This document shows positions 32,175 through 41,616 of a stretch of DNA of 52,876 nt, one piece after another. The position numbers and the translations under genes are program-made. Below the pieces are notes generated by a model. It ran no database searches. It saw only the letters and a list, made by a program, of their open reading frames with translations, and was not told the origin of the DNA. Within the stretch, counting starts at the first letter, position 1. Each line of letters begins with the position of its first letter. The stretch comes from Candidatus Krumholzibacteriota bacterium (GTDB taxonomy: Bacteria > Krumholzibacteriota > Krumholzibacteriia > LZORAL124-64-63). The stretch is taken from the NCBI GenBank assembly GCA_039714075.1, contig JBDLKA010000013.1:1-52876 (forward strand), given 5' to 3'.

Positions 32175-32423
32175 CTTTCAGGGTGATCAGCACTTCATCT
32201 GCAACTGTTTTTATTTCAGTGGATTGCCTAAAATGACACAGGCTGGGGCAAGGTCCCTTTCTCCAGGGAAAGTATGAGCGCAGTCACACGGCTGTAACGG
32301 TGGCGTCACACGGGACCGATATCAGCAGGCCTTCGCAACAGGGTAGCGGCAATTTTCAATACCAGATTGATTTCTGATCCGTACCCTCTTCTTCCCCTCA
32401 TGCGAACGGGAAAAGGCAGGCAG

Positions 32424-32492
32424 GTTCAAGCTGGGTTAGTGGATCATTTCCGAGTGATCTAGGGAAGGCCCGGAGCCGATTGGTTCCGGGCC
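32424..32492 (+). repeat. Direct repeat copy 2 (decayed rocD 3' end plus terminator)
   Basis: gttcaagctgggttagtggatcatttccgagtgatctagggaaggcccggagccgattggttccgggcc, versus copy 1 at 26636-26709. Confidence 0.9.
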
Positions 32493-32509
32493 TTGTTCAT
32501 GGGTGTTGC

Positions 32510-33643
32510 CTACAGGCTATCCACAAACCTGATTCCCGACAGTTGGAGAGTGAATCCCGTCCGTCCACCTGGTTGGGGATCTTCATACCAGATCCGTACG
32601 TGGGTCACCGATTCAAGATTGGGCTCCGCCCCCATGCTGACCGAATCAACAGCTATCAGGGGAATGCGGTATTGTCGCCAGGCGATGTTGGCGTTCACCA
32701 GTTCCTGAACGTCGTCATAGTCGTAGACCACATCCACCAGGGCATCCGAATCCTTCAGGTCGATGGTAACGGTGAAATAACCATTGTCGGTGTAAAGCCG
32801 GGAGTCGCCGTTCAGGTCTTCGTCATCTTCGCGGCCGTTGCGGGCGGTGCCGTTGATCCCCGGGTAGGGGCTGTCCCCGGCGATCTCGAAGTCTGCCTGA
32901 AATAGCTGGGGTCCGTGCTCCCTGCCATCCAAGCCTATATCCTCTTCCGGAGCGTAAAAAACACCATCGGCCGATCCGTCCACGATACCGTCTTCCCTCT
33001 CCCATCTGCCGACCACGGGGTCACCGTTGTCATCCACCGGCCAGAAGCCATCCTCGTTGATGTACCCGAAATCGATGTGCAGCTTCCCCCGCCGCAGCTC
33101 CAGGTCCGGGATACCATCATTGACCCAGATCTCCAGGTACTGGGCGTTGGAAAAGTCCTCGCCGAGCCGGCCGAGGCCCTGCATGATGCCGCCCCAGTCC
33201 TCCGGATCCCAGACACCGTCGTCCGCCCTGAGATAAAGATCCAGGGAAGGTTGGGTTTTATCACGATCCTGGTTGATCAGATCGGGGTTCAGGTACCAGC
33301 GCAAGACCCGTTCCTTGGGCTGGAACCAGCGGACCGACTCGACCCGGTCCTCGGGATTGAAGATCCGAAAATCGGGGTTTTCCGCCAGGTATTCCGCACC
33401 CTGGTACGGAGCGCTGGACCAGAACCAGCTGATTCTGTCCAAAGAAATGGTGCCTGGGTCATCAACTATGACAACAGGTGCAACGGGATTGGGTTCTTCC
33501 TCGGAACAACCCCAAAAGACCAAGGCCAGAGCCGTCAGCAGGATAGCTGCTGCCAGGCAGGAGGCAGCTCGAACCAAAGGTTTCCGAATCACTGCAGAAA
33601 CCATCCGCCGCTTATCGATATTGGAAGTATTTGACCTGAGCAT
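32510..33643 (-). CDS. Lipoprotein made of a stand-alone SprA (T9SS translocon)-like internal domain
   Basis: Lipobox-like VFWGC; motif series WGGIMQ, DFSNAQYLEIWV, LHIDFG.INED, EDIGLDG, EDLNGD, WRQYRIPL, VRIW recalled from SprA/Sov proteins. Confidence 0.6.
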   Translation of the reverse strand: MLRSNTSNIDKRRMVSAVIRKPLVRAASCLAAAILLTALALVFWGCSEEEPNPVAPVVIVDDPGTISLDRISWFWSSAPYQGAEYLAENPDFRIFNPEDRVESVRWFQPKERVLRWYLNPDLINQDRDKTQPSLDLYLRADDGVWDPEDWGGIMQGLGRLGEDFSNAQYLEIWVNDGIPDLELRRGKLHIDFGYINEDGFWPVDDNGDPVVGRWEREDGIVDGSADGVFYAPEEDIGLDGREHGPQLFQADFEIAGDSPYPGINGTARNGREDDEDLNGDSRLYTDNGYFTVTIDLKDSDALVDVVYDYDDVQELVNANIAWRQYRIPLIAVDSVSMGAEPNLESVTHVRIWYEDPQPGGRTGFTLQLSGIRFVDSL

Positions 33644-33913
33644 ATTCGTTCTCGTTTCCAGGGGTGATTGGAAGCTACGAGTTTCCGGGCATCAGGGGTG
33701 CTGAAGAGGTTGGCGACAGTATGATATTAACAGAATTTCACAATTTGGACTTCGATTTTCTTTTCCTCCCAGGCCGCCAGCGCAAGTGCCGTCAGGATTG
33801 ATCCTCTTCAACTCCAAGCATCAGGCCCCCATGCGTGGTCAACACTGTTGACAGGACATATTCAATGAATTACGGTACTTAATGAGGATTCGCGCTGTCT
33901 ATATTATGAAAGT

Positions 33914-35494
33914 ATGTCACTGAAACTGGAGGTCATCAGCCAAAAGTCGAGTGATATCATGATTGGGGACGAGCAGGAGACGGTATTGTTGACAGGGGCC
34001 TCCGGCTTCATCGGAAAGCACCTCATCGAGGTCCTGCAGGATCAATTCACCATTTTCGCCCTGGCGCGTCGCACGGAAAAAGAAGCGGGAATCCCCTCCC
34101 ATCCCAACCTCCACTGGAACCTGGTCGATATCACCAATGATGAAGAGCTGACCCGTACGGTTCTGGAGACCATCCGCGCTCAAAGCAGGATCGATTACGT
34201 CATTCACCTGGCCGCCTTTTACGATTTCGGGGACCAGGTCTACAACGAGACCTATGAGAAGACCAATGTTGTGGCCACGCGCCGGATCCTGGAGCTATGC
34301 AAGGAATGCGGCATCAAGCGCTTCATTTTCGCCAGTTCCCTGGTGGCCAGTGATTTTCCCGACCCGGGCGACCTCGTTTACGAGAAGTCGGTCTTGAACG
34401 CCGTATTCCCCTATGCCCTCACCAAACAGAAAGGGGAAGATTTCACCCGGGAATTTTCCGAATTCTTCCCCTGCACCGTCATCCGCCTGGCCGCGGTGTT
34501 CAGTGATTGGTGTGAATACGAACCTTTGTACTATTTCCTGAAAACCTGGCTTTCCAACCGCTGGAACGCCCGCATTTTCGCCGGCCATCAGGGCATGTCC
34601 ATTCCATATATCCATATCAACTGTGTCACGGGCATCATTCGGGCCATCATCCAGAAAACGGATGACATGAAACAGTTCGACGTTTTCCTGGTGAGCCCGG
34701 ATCATCCCACATCACTCCTGGACTTATTCAAGGCTTCGACCCGGCTTTATCTGGGAGAGCAGCGCGAGCCCATTCGCCTACCCATCTGGTTTGCCAAACT
34801 GGGGGTTTTGTTGCGGGATATTCTGGGAAGATTGAAAGGCAACCGACCCTTCGAGCGGATGTGGATGACCAGGTATATCGACAAGGAATTCCCCACCGAC
34901 TGTTCCTACACCCGGCATGAGATCGGATGGCAACCCCGGGATCGACACCGCATCGAGCGCCGAATCCTGTACCTGATCGAAAACATGAAGAGTGTTCCGG
35001 AGGAATGGCATCGGAAAAACCTGGCCCGGGTCATGCGCTTCAGGACCCAGCGCCCGACTCTGACTCTTGCTCAGCAGATGCACAGGCTGCGCAACGAATT
35101 GGTGGATGAAATCATTGCCTATCTCACCTCACCCGAGAACAAATCGGTATTCCCCTATTACCAGCAGCTGGAAAAGGAAAGGCTGCGTTACTATGTCGAC
35201 CGCCAGTATGGAAACCTGTTTACATCAGTGCGTCACGGCGACCGTTCGGTGATGATCGGGTTCGGGCATGATCTGGCCAAGGCGCGGCACGGTGAAGGGG
35301 TTGGTGTTACCGAACTATGCAAGGCTCTCCAATCGTCCGGCAACATCATCACACAGCGTCTTTACGATGACCCGCGGCTCAAGGGCATCAAGCAGATGGT
35401 TCACGACCACATCACCCTGGCCATTCAGATTGCCGTCGATGAGATCGAGGACACTTACGAGCAGTTGAGCCAGAGCAACGGGTGCATATCCTAG
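33914..35494 (+). CDS. NAD-dependent epimerase/dehydratase (extended SDR) with C-terminal helical RsbRD-N/globin-like domain
   Basis: LTGASGFIG, VIHLAA, YALTK (YxxxK); extra C-terminal domain of about 140 aa (HDLAKARHGEGV..TELC.AL). Confidence 0.8.
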   Translation: MSLKLEVISQKSSDIMIGDEQETVLLTGASGFIGKHLIEVLQDQFTIFALARRTEKEAGIPSHPNLHWNLVDITNDEELTRTVLETIRAQSRIDYVIHLAAFYDFGDQVYNETYEKTNVVATRRILELCKECGIKRFIFASSLVASDFPDPGDLVYEKSVLNAVFPYALTKQKGEDFTREFSEFFPCTVIRLAAVFSDWCEYEPLYYFLKTWLSNRWNARIFAGHQGMSIPYIHINCVTGIIRAIIQKTDDMKQFDVFLVSPDHPTSLLDLFKASTRLYLGEQREPIRLPIWFAKLGVLLRDILGRLKGNRPFERMWMTRYIDKEFPTDCSYTRHEIGWQPRDRHRIERRILYLIENMKSVPEEWHRKNLARVMRFRTQRPTLTLAQQMHRLRNELVDEIIAYLTSPENKSVFPYYQQLEKERLRYYVDRQYGNLFTSVRHGDRSVMIGFGHDLAKARHGEGVGVTELCKALQSSGNIITQRLYDDPRLKGIKQMVHDHITLAIQIAVDEIEDTYEQLSQSNGCIS

Positions 35495-35518
35495 CGGACT
35501 GGATCTACCTCTGGGGCG

Positions 35519-38500
35519 TCAACGCATCCTTCTACCCGATGTCCAGGGGACGCCCGCCGCATCCAAAGCGCTCTCCAGGGCCGGCAACTCCTCATCCAGG
35601 ATGACTGTTAAATCCTTGCGGGCCCCTTCGAACTGCTCCTGGGCGAATTCGTACTGCTCCAGATGCATGGGGGTCGGACCATAGGTAGAGCGGAATCCGC
35701 CGCTCTGCACGGTTCGCAGACGCTGGCCCACCGAGGCCGGCCCGGGGTCCTTGTACCGGGAACGGATCTGATGGCCGCGCATGCGTTCGATCAGTTGTTC
35801 CAGACGCTTCTCCAAACCAGCGGCCGTCGTGTAGAGTTCCGGATCATCATGGACCGCGCGTTCCAGGGCGGCCTTGATCCTGTCGAGGCGCTCACGGCTT
35901 TCGTTCAGGACGGCGTTCAAGTCACCCACCTGGTTGGAAAATTCCGCCAGCTCGAGCTGAAAAGTCTCCAGTTCCGCGGGTCCCATCCCCGGCTGGGAGC
36001 GATCGCGCAGGCGGTCCACTTCGAAGGTGACCGGACCGGCCAACGGCTCCAATACCCCTTCCTGGCGCTTGGCCACCTCCACACTGTAGATGCCCGGCGC
36101 CACCGGTACGCCGCCCGTGTTGCGGTTCGACCGGGGGCCGGTCTCCGGACGCAGATTGGCATGGCGCAGGTCCCAGGCCAGGCGGTGAAGGCCCGGCGAC
36201 CCGGATCCATACAGTTGCCGCACGACCGTTCCCATTTCATCGCGTACGGTCAGGACCAACGCCGGCGAATCCTCCAGTTCTTCGCGACGCAATTCTTCCC
36301 AACCGGGATAGGGCGTGTCCTCGCCCTCGGCGGCCAGTTCCTTCTCACGGTCCTGGCGCACACCCTTGGCCGTCTGGAGGGAGTCCTTCAGGAAATAGGT
36401 GAAAACCGCCCCGTACGGTGGATTGGGAGCCGTAAAATAGGCCGCCCCCTGAGCAGCCTTTTCGTTCCCGCCGAGCACCTGACGCTGGGTGTACGACAGC
36501 GCACGCCGGGGGGTGAAGAGCAAGGCCGGTTCCGCCAACGCCTCTTCGCTGATCTCGCGCAACGGCGTGTAATCGTCCAGCACGTAGAACCCCCGCCCGA
36601 ACGAGGCGCCGACCAGATCGTTCTCCCGCTCCTGGATCACCAGGTCGCGGAACGGAATGTTGGGCGCGCCGCCCTGGAGCTTCACCCAGCGCGTACCGCC
36701 GTCGACGGTGACGAAAATTCCGAATTCCGTGCCCAGGAAGAGAAGGTCCGGCTTGACGGTGTCCTGAACCAGCCGCCACACGATGTGCCGCTCGGGAAGG
36801 TCGCCGACGATGGATTCCCAGGACTTGCCGGCGTTGGTACTCCTGTAAACCAGCGGCCGGAAGTCGCCGGCCTTGTGCAGGTCGATCACCGCGTAGACCG
36901 TGTTGCGGTCGAAACGATCGGCGGTCAGATCGTTCACGTAGAAATGGTCCGGCAGCCCCTTCGGGCGGCCCGCCTCCCGCCAGGTCGCGCCCCCGTCTTC
37001 GCTGACCTGGATCAGGCCGTCATCGGTGCCCACGTAGAGCAGATTCTCGTCCAGCGGCGATTCGGCGATATTGGTGATGGTGCCGTACATGGACATGGCC
37101 ACCAGATCCCAGGCCGCGTCGATGCTCCACACCCGTCCCATCATCGGCCGCAGCAGGCGGTCTTCGTCCCTGGTCAGATCGCCGGACACCGCGCGCCAGC
37201 TGTCCCCCCGGTCGTCACTGCGCCACAACCGCTGGCTGGCCACGTACAGCCGCGCCGGATCGTGTCTGCTGATCAGGATGGGACCGTCCCAGTTCCAGCG
37301 GTCCTCCGGTTCATCGGCGCCGGGCGCGGGCCGGATCGGCAGCACTTCGCCGGTGCCCCGGTCCACCCGCCAATGATTGCACTGCTGCAGGCTGGAATAG
37401 ATGATGTCGGGGTTCGTGGGGTCTATGGCCGGTTGGTGGCCGTCACCGAACAGGGTCACGCGCCAATCCGCGTTGCGCAGCCCGTGCACGTTGTCGGTGC
37501 GGGACGGACCATACTGCGTGTTGTTGTCCTGCGTGCCGCCGATGATGTGATAGAAGGGCTCGTCGTAGTCCACAGCCACCTTGTAGAACTGGGTCAGGGG
37601 CAGGTTGGCGGCGAATTTCCAGTTTTTGCCCCGGTCCCACGATTCGTAGATGCCGCCGTCGCACCCGGCCAGCAGATAGTCCGGATCGGTGGGGCTGAAG
37701 GCCAGGGCGTGGTTGTCCACGTGCTTGTGCTTCTCGCCGACGGGCTGGAAGGTCTTACCGCCATCGTCGGTGTAGGACATGTTTACTTCCATGAAATAGA
37801 CCAGATCGAAGGCGTGGGGACTGGCGAAGATCTCGGTGTAGTAATGGGGGCCGGTGCCGCCGGCCACCTTGTCGCTGCGCTTCGCCCAGCTTTCGCCGCC
37901 ATCCGTTGAGCGCCAGAAGCCACCCTTGCGCGCTCCCAGTTCGATAGCCGCGTACAGTACGCCCGACTGCTGGGGAGAGGCCGCCAAACCGATCTTGCCC
38001 ATGTCTGCGGTGGGCAACCCGGCCGTCAGTTCGCGCCAGGTGCGGCCGCCGTCGGTGGATTTGTGGATACCCGACTCGGGACCGCCGTCCATCAACGCGG
38101 CCACGTCACGGAAGCGCTGCCAGGTACTTGCGTACAGCACATTGGAATCGAAGGGATCCATCACCACTTCGTTCACGCCGGTGTACTCGCCGCCGCCCAG
38201 CACCTTTTCCCAGTTGGCGCCGCCGTCGGTGCTCAGGTACAGCCCGCGTTCACCCCCGGCCGACCACAGCGGACCCTGGGCCGCCACGTAAACCACGTTC
38301 GGATCTTCCGGATGGACCAAGATGATCCCGATGTGCTCGCTTTCCTTCAGACCCAGGTTCTCCCAGGTCATGCCTCCGTCCCGGCTGCGGTACACGCCGT
38401 CGCCATAGCCCACGTGCCGCCCGCTCACATTCTCACCGCTGCCGACCCAGATGGTCTTCGGCTGGTGCGGATCGATGGTCAGGCACCCGACGGAATAGCT

Positions 38501-38800
38501 GCCCTCACCGGTGAAGATGGGCTGCCAGGTGGTGCCGCTGTTGACCGTCTTCCACACGCCGCCGCTGCCGGCGGCCACGTACCAGGTACCCGGGTCGTCC
38601 GGGACCATGGCGATATCCGCGATGCGGCCGGACATCAGGGCCGGCCCGATGCTGCGCAGTTCGAGGCCCGCCAGAGCCGAAGCGTTGAGGGGAGACTCCT
38701 CTTCTTCATCCGCGGCCGCGGTCGCCACCGGGGCGGCGGTAAATATAATCATGAGGAGCAGGGCGAGCAGGAAAACGGGGAGCGCGATCCGGGAAGTCAT
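35519..38800 (-). CDS. Secreted VPS10/BNR-repeat beta-propeller protein (glycosyl hydrolase-like)
   Basis: ATG 38800 behind AAAGGAG; signal peptide; RSIGPALMSGRI; many S-x-D-G-G-x-T/S-W Asp-boxes; helical C-terminus. Confidence 0.88.
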   Translation of the reverse strand: MTSRIALPVFLLALLLMIIFTAAPVATAAADEEEESPLNASALAGLELRSIGPALMSGRIADIAMVPDDPGTWYVAAGSGGVWKTVNSGTTWQPIFTGEGSYSVGCLTIDPHQPKTIWVGSGENVSGRHVGYGDGVYRSRDGGMTWENLGLKESEHIGIILVHPEDPNVVYVAAQGPLWSAGGERGLYLSTDGGANWEKVLGGGEYTGVNEVVMDPFDSNVLYASTWQRFRDVAALMDGGPESGIHKSTDGGRTWRELTAGLPTADMGKIGLAASPQQSGVLYAAIELGARKGGFWRSTDGGESWAKRSDKVAGGTGPHYYTEIFASPHAFDLVYFMEVNMSYTDDGGKTFQPVGEKHKHVDNHALAFSPTDPDYLLAGCDGGIYESWDRGKNWKFAANLPLTQFYKVAVDYDEPFYHIIGGTQDNNTQYGPSRTDNVHGLRNADWRVTLFGDGHQPAIDPTNPDIIYSSLQQCNHWRVDRGTGEVLPIRPAPGADEPEDRWNWDGPILISRHDPARLYVASQRLWRSDDRGDSWRAVSGDLTRDEDRLLRPMMGRVWSIDAAWDLVAMSMYGTITNIAESPLDENLLYVGTDDGLIQVSEDGGATWREAGRPKGLPDHFYVNDLTADRFDRNTVYAVIDLHKAGDFRPLVYRSTNAGKSWESIVGDLPERHIVWRLVQDTVKPDLLFLGTEFGIFVTVDGGTRWVKLQGGAPNIPFRDLVIQERENDLVGASFGRGFYVLDDYTPLREISEEALAEPALLFTPRRALSYTQRQVLGGNEKAAQGAAYFTAPNPPYGAVFTYFLKDSLQTAKGVRQDREKELAAEGEDTPYPGWEELRREELEDSPALVLTVRDEMGTVVRQLYGSGSPGLHRLAWDLRHANLRPETGPRSNRNTGGVPVAPGIYSVEVAKRQEGVLEPLAGPVTFEVDRLRDRSQPGMGPAELETFQLELAEFSNQVGDLNAVLNESRERLDRIKAALERAVHDDPELYTTAAGLEKRLEQLIERMRGHQIRSRYKDPGPASVGQRLRTVQSGGFRSTYGPTPMHLEQYEFAQEQFEGARKDLTVILDEELPALESALDAAGVPWTSGRRMR

Positions 38801-38996
38801 CAAGGCAGGTCTCCTTTGACGGAAGGCCGGGCTTACCATTGGCCGGGTGCGCGTAGAATAGCACGTTCAGGGAAAGCTGGGCGGTTTGTCATCCTCTTCG
38901 GCGGTGAAGCCTAGACATATCTTTCCAACCAGTTTGGTATGAATTACACTGTAAATCGTCCTGAATATCTGAATCCATTCCATCCAAAGGCCTCCG

Positions 38997-41612
38997 ATGA
39001 TTGGCAAGAGCCTGGCCCATTACCAAATCCTCGATAAAATCGGGGCCGGCGGCATGGGTGAAGTCTACCGCGCTTTGGACACCAAGCTGGACCGCGATGT
39101 CGCCATCAAGGTCCTGCCCCCCGGTCTGGACCGTGATCCCGAGCGATTGGCCCGCTTCCAGCGCGAAGCCCGGACCCTGGCCTCCCTGCAGCATCAGAAC
39201 GTGGCCTCGATCTACGGACTCGAAACCGTGGCCGACCAGGCCCTTCTGGTCATGGAACTCGTGGAAGGCGAGGACCTTTCACAACGCCTGGCGCGGAAGA
39301 CCTTCACCCTGGATCGGGTGCTGGAAATCGCGGGGCAGATGGCCGCGGGGCTCGAAGCGGCTCACGAGAGAGGCATCGTCCATCGCGATCTCAAGCCCGC
39401 CAACATCAAGATCACCCCGGACGGCGACGTCAAGATTCTCGACTTCGGACTCGCCCGAGTTTACCACAGCGAGGAAGAAACGCCCGCTGCCGACGCCGAT
39501 GCACCCACCATCGCCCCGCCGACGACCCGGGCCGGGACCATCCTGGGGACAACTCCCTACATGAGTCCGGAGCAGGCGCGGGGCGAGATCCTGGACAAAC
39601 GCTCCGACGTCTGGGCTTTCGGTTGTGTTCTGTTCGAGATGCTGACCGGAAAGAGATGCTTCGAGGGCGAAAGCGTCACCGATGTCCTGGCGGGCATCGT
39701 GACCAGGGAGCCCGATTGGAATCTTTTGCCCGCCGATCTACCGGCCAGAGGGCGGGAGCTGTTGCAGCAGACCCTGGAAAAGGATTCCCGGCAACGCCTG
39801 CGCGACATGGGCGATATCGGGCTCATGATCGAGAGGACCAGGAAGGACATTGGCCGCCCCTCCCCGGCGGCCAATACCGGTCGGCCTACCTCCCGGTCCT
39901 GGATCTGGATAGTCCTGGGTTTGATCCTCGGAGCCGTTGTCGGCGGCGCCATCACGCGGCCCTGGTCCGACAGGGCCGGGCCCGTCAACCTGCTTTCGGG
40001 CGCGACCTTCAAACGCATCACCGACTTCGCGGGGGCGGAGACGGACGCCACCATCTCGCGCGACGGCAAGAGCGTGGCCTTCCTGTCCGACCGCGACGGG
40101 CAGGCCGACGTCTGGGCGATCCAGATCGGAACCGGACAACCTTTCAACCTGACCAAGGGTAACGCCGGGGAGATCCAATCGCAGCTGCGGTCCATCGGCT
40201 TCACCTACGACGGCTCGGAAGTATGGTTGGGCGGGCCCAAGGCCAGGCTCAGGCGCGTTCCCTTGACCGGCGGACCCATCCGAAACTGGCTGGAGCCGGA
40301 GGCTTTCCTCGCCTCCTGGTCTCCCGACGGGAACCGGATCGTTTATCGCACCATCGAACCCGGTGATCCGATGTATGTGGCCGACCACAAGGGAGCCAAC
40401 CGCCGGGAGATCCTGTCCACCCGCCCGGGAAATCATCAGCACTTCCCGATCTGGGGGAACGACGGCTGGATCTACCTGACTCGCGGACTGGATGCCACCG
40501 CTGAAATGCATTTGTGGCGTGTCCGTCCCGACGGATCCGACGGCGAACAGTTGACCACCGACGTGCGCAATCCCGCCTACCCGACTCCCATCGACTCGAA
40601 AACACTTCTGTTCACGGCACAGGAACAGGACGGGGCCGGGCCCTGGCTGTGGATCCTGGACCTGGAGACCGGAATCCACCGCCGCTTGAGCTTCGGGCTG
40701 GAGCAGTACACATCACTTTCCGCGAGTGCTGACGGACGACGCCTGGTTGCCAGCGTCGCGACCCCCCAAGCGAGCTTGTGGCAGTTGCCGATCGGCGAAG
40801 GGTTGGCGACCGAAAACGACGTGGAGCCATTCGATCTTCCGACCGCGAGAGCTCTTGCCCCCCGCTTCGGGCCCGAGGATCTGTTCTACCTGTCTTCGCG
40901 GGGCAGCGAGGACGGGCTGTGGCGATATCGGGACGGAAAAGTGCTCGAGGTCTGGAAGGGTACCGAAGTGCCTCTCATGGAACCGGCGGCCGTGTCGGCG
41001 GATGGTTCCGCGGTTGCCCTGATCCTCCGGCAGAACGGTCGGCAAGTGCTCCACGTGCTGAGTTCGGACGGGGCCCAGGTGCGCGCGCTCTCCAACGCTG
41101 TCGACATTCGTGGCTCGGTGTCATGGTCGCCGGACGGAACGTGGATCGTCGCCGGAGGATTGGATGCCGAGGGCCAAGCCGGGCTGTTCAAATTCAGCGT
41201 CGACGAGGACATCGTCGAGAAAATCGTGGAAGATCAGGCCTACAATCCTGTCTGGTCGCCCGACGGGGACCTCATCGTATACAGAGGCACGCAGGTGAAT
41301 GCCACCGCACCGCTTATGGGAATCCGTCCCGACGGAACTAAGGTCGAGCTGCCTCGGATCGAACTGTTGACCCGCGGCGAGCGCTTGAGGTTTCTGCCGA
41401 ACGGGAAGGGCCTGGTCTACATGCAGGGCATGGTCCTCTACCAGGACTTCTGGCTTCTGGATCTGGAAACCATGGAGTCCCGTCAACTGACCCGGCTGGA
41501 CGATCACCGCCTCATGCGGACCTTCGACATCACCCCCGATGGAACACGGATCGTATTCGACCGGTTGCGCGACAATTCGGACATCGTCCTGATCGACCTC
41601 GCCGACCGCTAG
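38997..41612 (+). CDS. Hanks-type Ser/Thr protein kinase with TM segment and TolB/PD40 beta-propeller
   Basis: GAGGMGEVY, VAIK, HRDLKPANI, DFGLA, YMSPEQ, DVWAFG; TM WIWIVLGLILGAVVGG; repeated WSPDG. Confidence 0.93.
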   Translation: MIGKSLAHYQILDKIGAGGMGEVYRALDTKLDRDVAIKVLPPGLDRDPERLARFQREARTLASLQHQNVASIYGLETVADQALLVMELVEGEDLSQRLARKTFTLDRVLEIAGQMAAGLEAAHERGIVHRDLKPANIKITPDGDVKILDFGLARVYHSEEETPAADADAPTIAPPTTRAGTILGTTPYMSPEQARGEILDKRSDVWAFGCVLFEMLTGKRCFEGESVTDVLAGIVTREPDWNLLPADLPARGRELLQQTLEKDSRQRLRDMGDIGLMIERTRKDIGRPSPAANTGRPTSRSWIWIVLGLILGAVVGGAITRPWSDRAGPVNLLSGATFKRITDFAGAETDATISRDGKSVAFLSDRDGQADVWAIQIGTGQPFNLTKGNAGEIQSQLRSIGFTYDGSEVWLGGPKARLRRVPLTGGPIRNWLEPEAFLASWSPDGNRIVYRTIEPGDPMYVADHKGANRREILSTRPGNHQHFPIWGNDGWIYLTRGLDATAEMHLWRVRPDGSDGEQLTTDVRNPAYPTPIDSKTLLFTAQEQDGAGPWLWILDLETGIHRRLSFGLEQYTSLSASADGRRLVASVATPQASLWQLPIGEGLATENDVEPFDLPTARALAPRFGPEDLFYLSSRGSEDGLWRYRDGKVLEVWKGTEVPLMEPAAVSADGSAVALILRQNGRQVLHVLSSDGAQVRALSNAVDIRGSVSWSPDGTWIVAGGLDAEGQAGLFKFSVDEDIVEKIVEDQAYNPVWSPDGDLIVYRGTQVNATAPLMGIRPDGTKVELPRIELLTRGERLRFLPNGKGLVYMQGMVLYQDFWLLDLETMESRQLTRLDDHRLMRTFDITPDGTRIVFDRLRDNSDIVLIDLADR

Positions 41613-41616
41613 CCCT

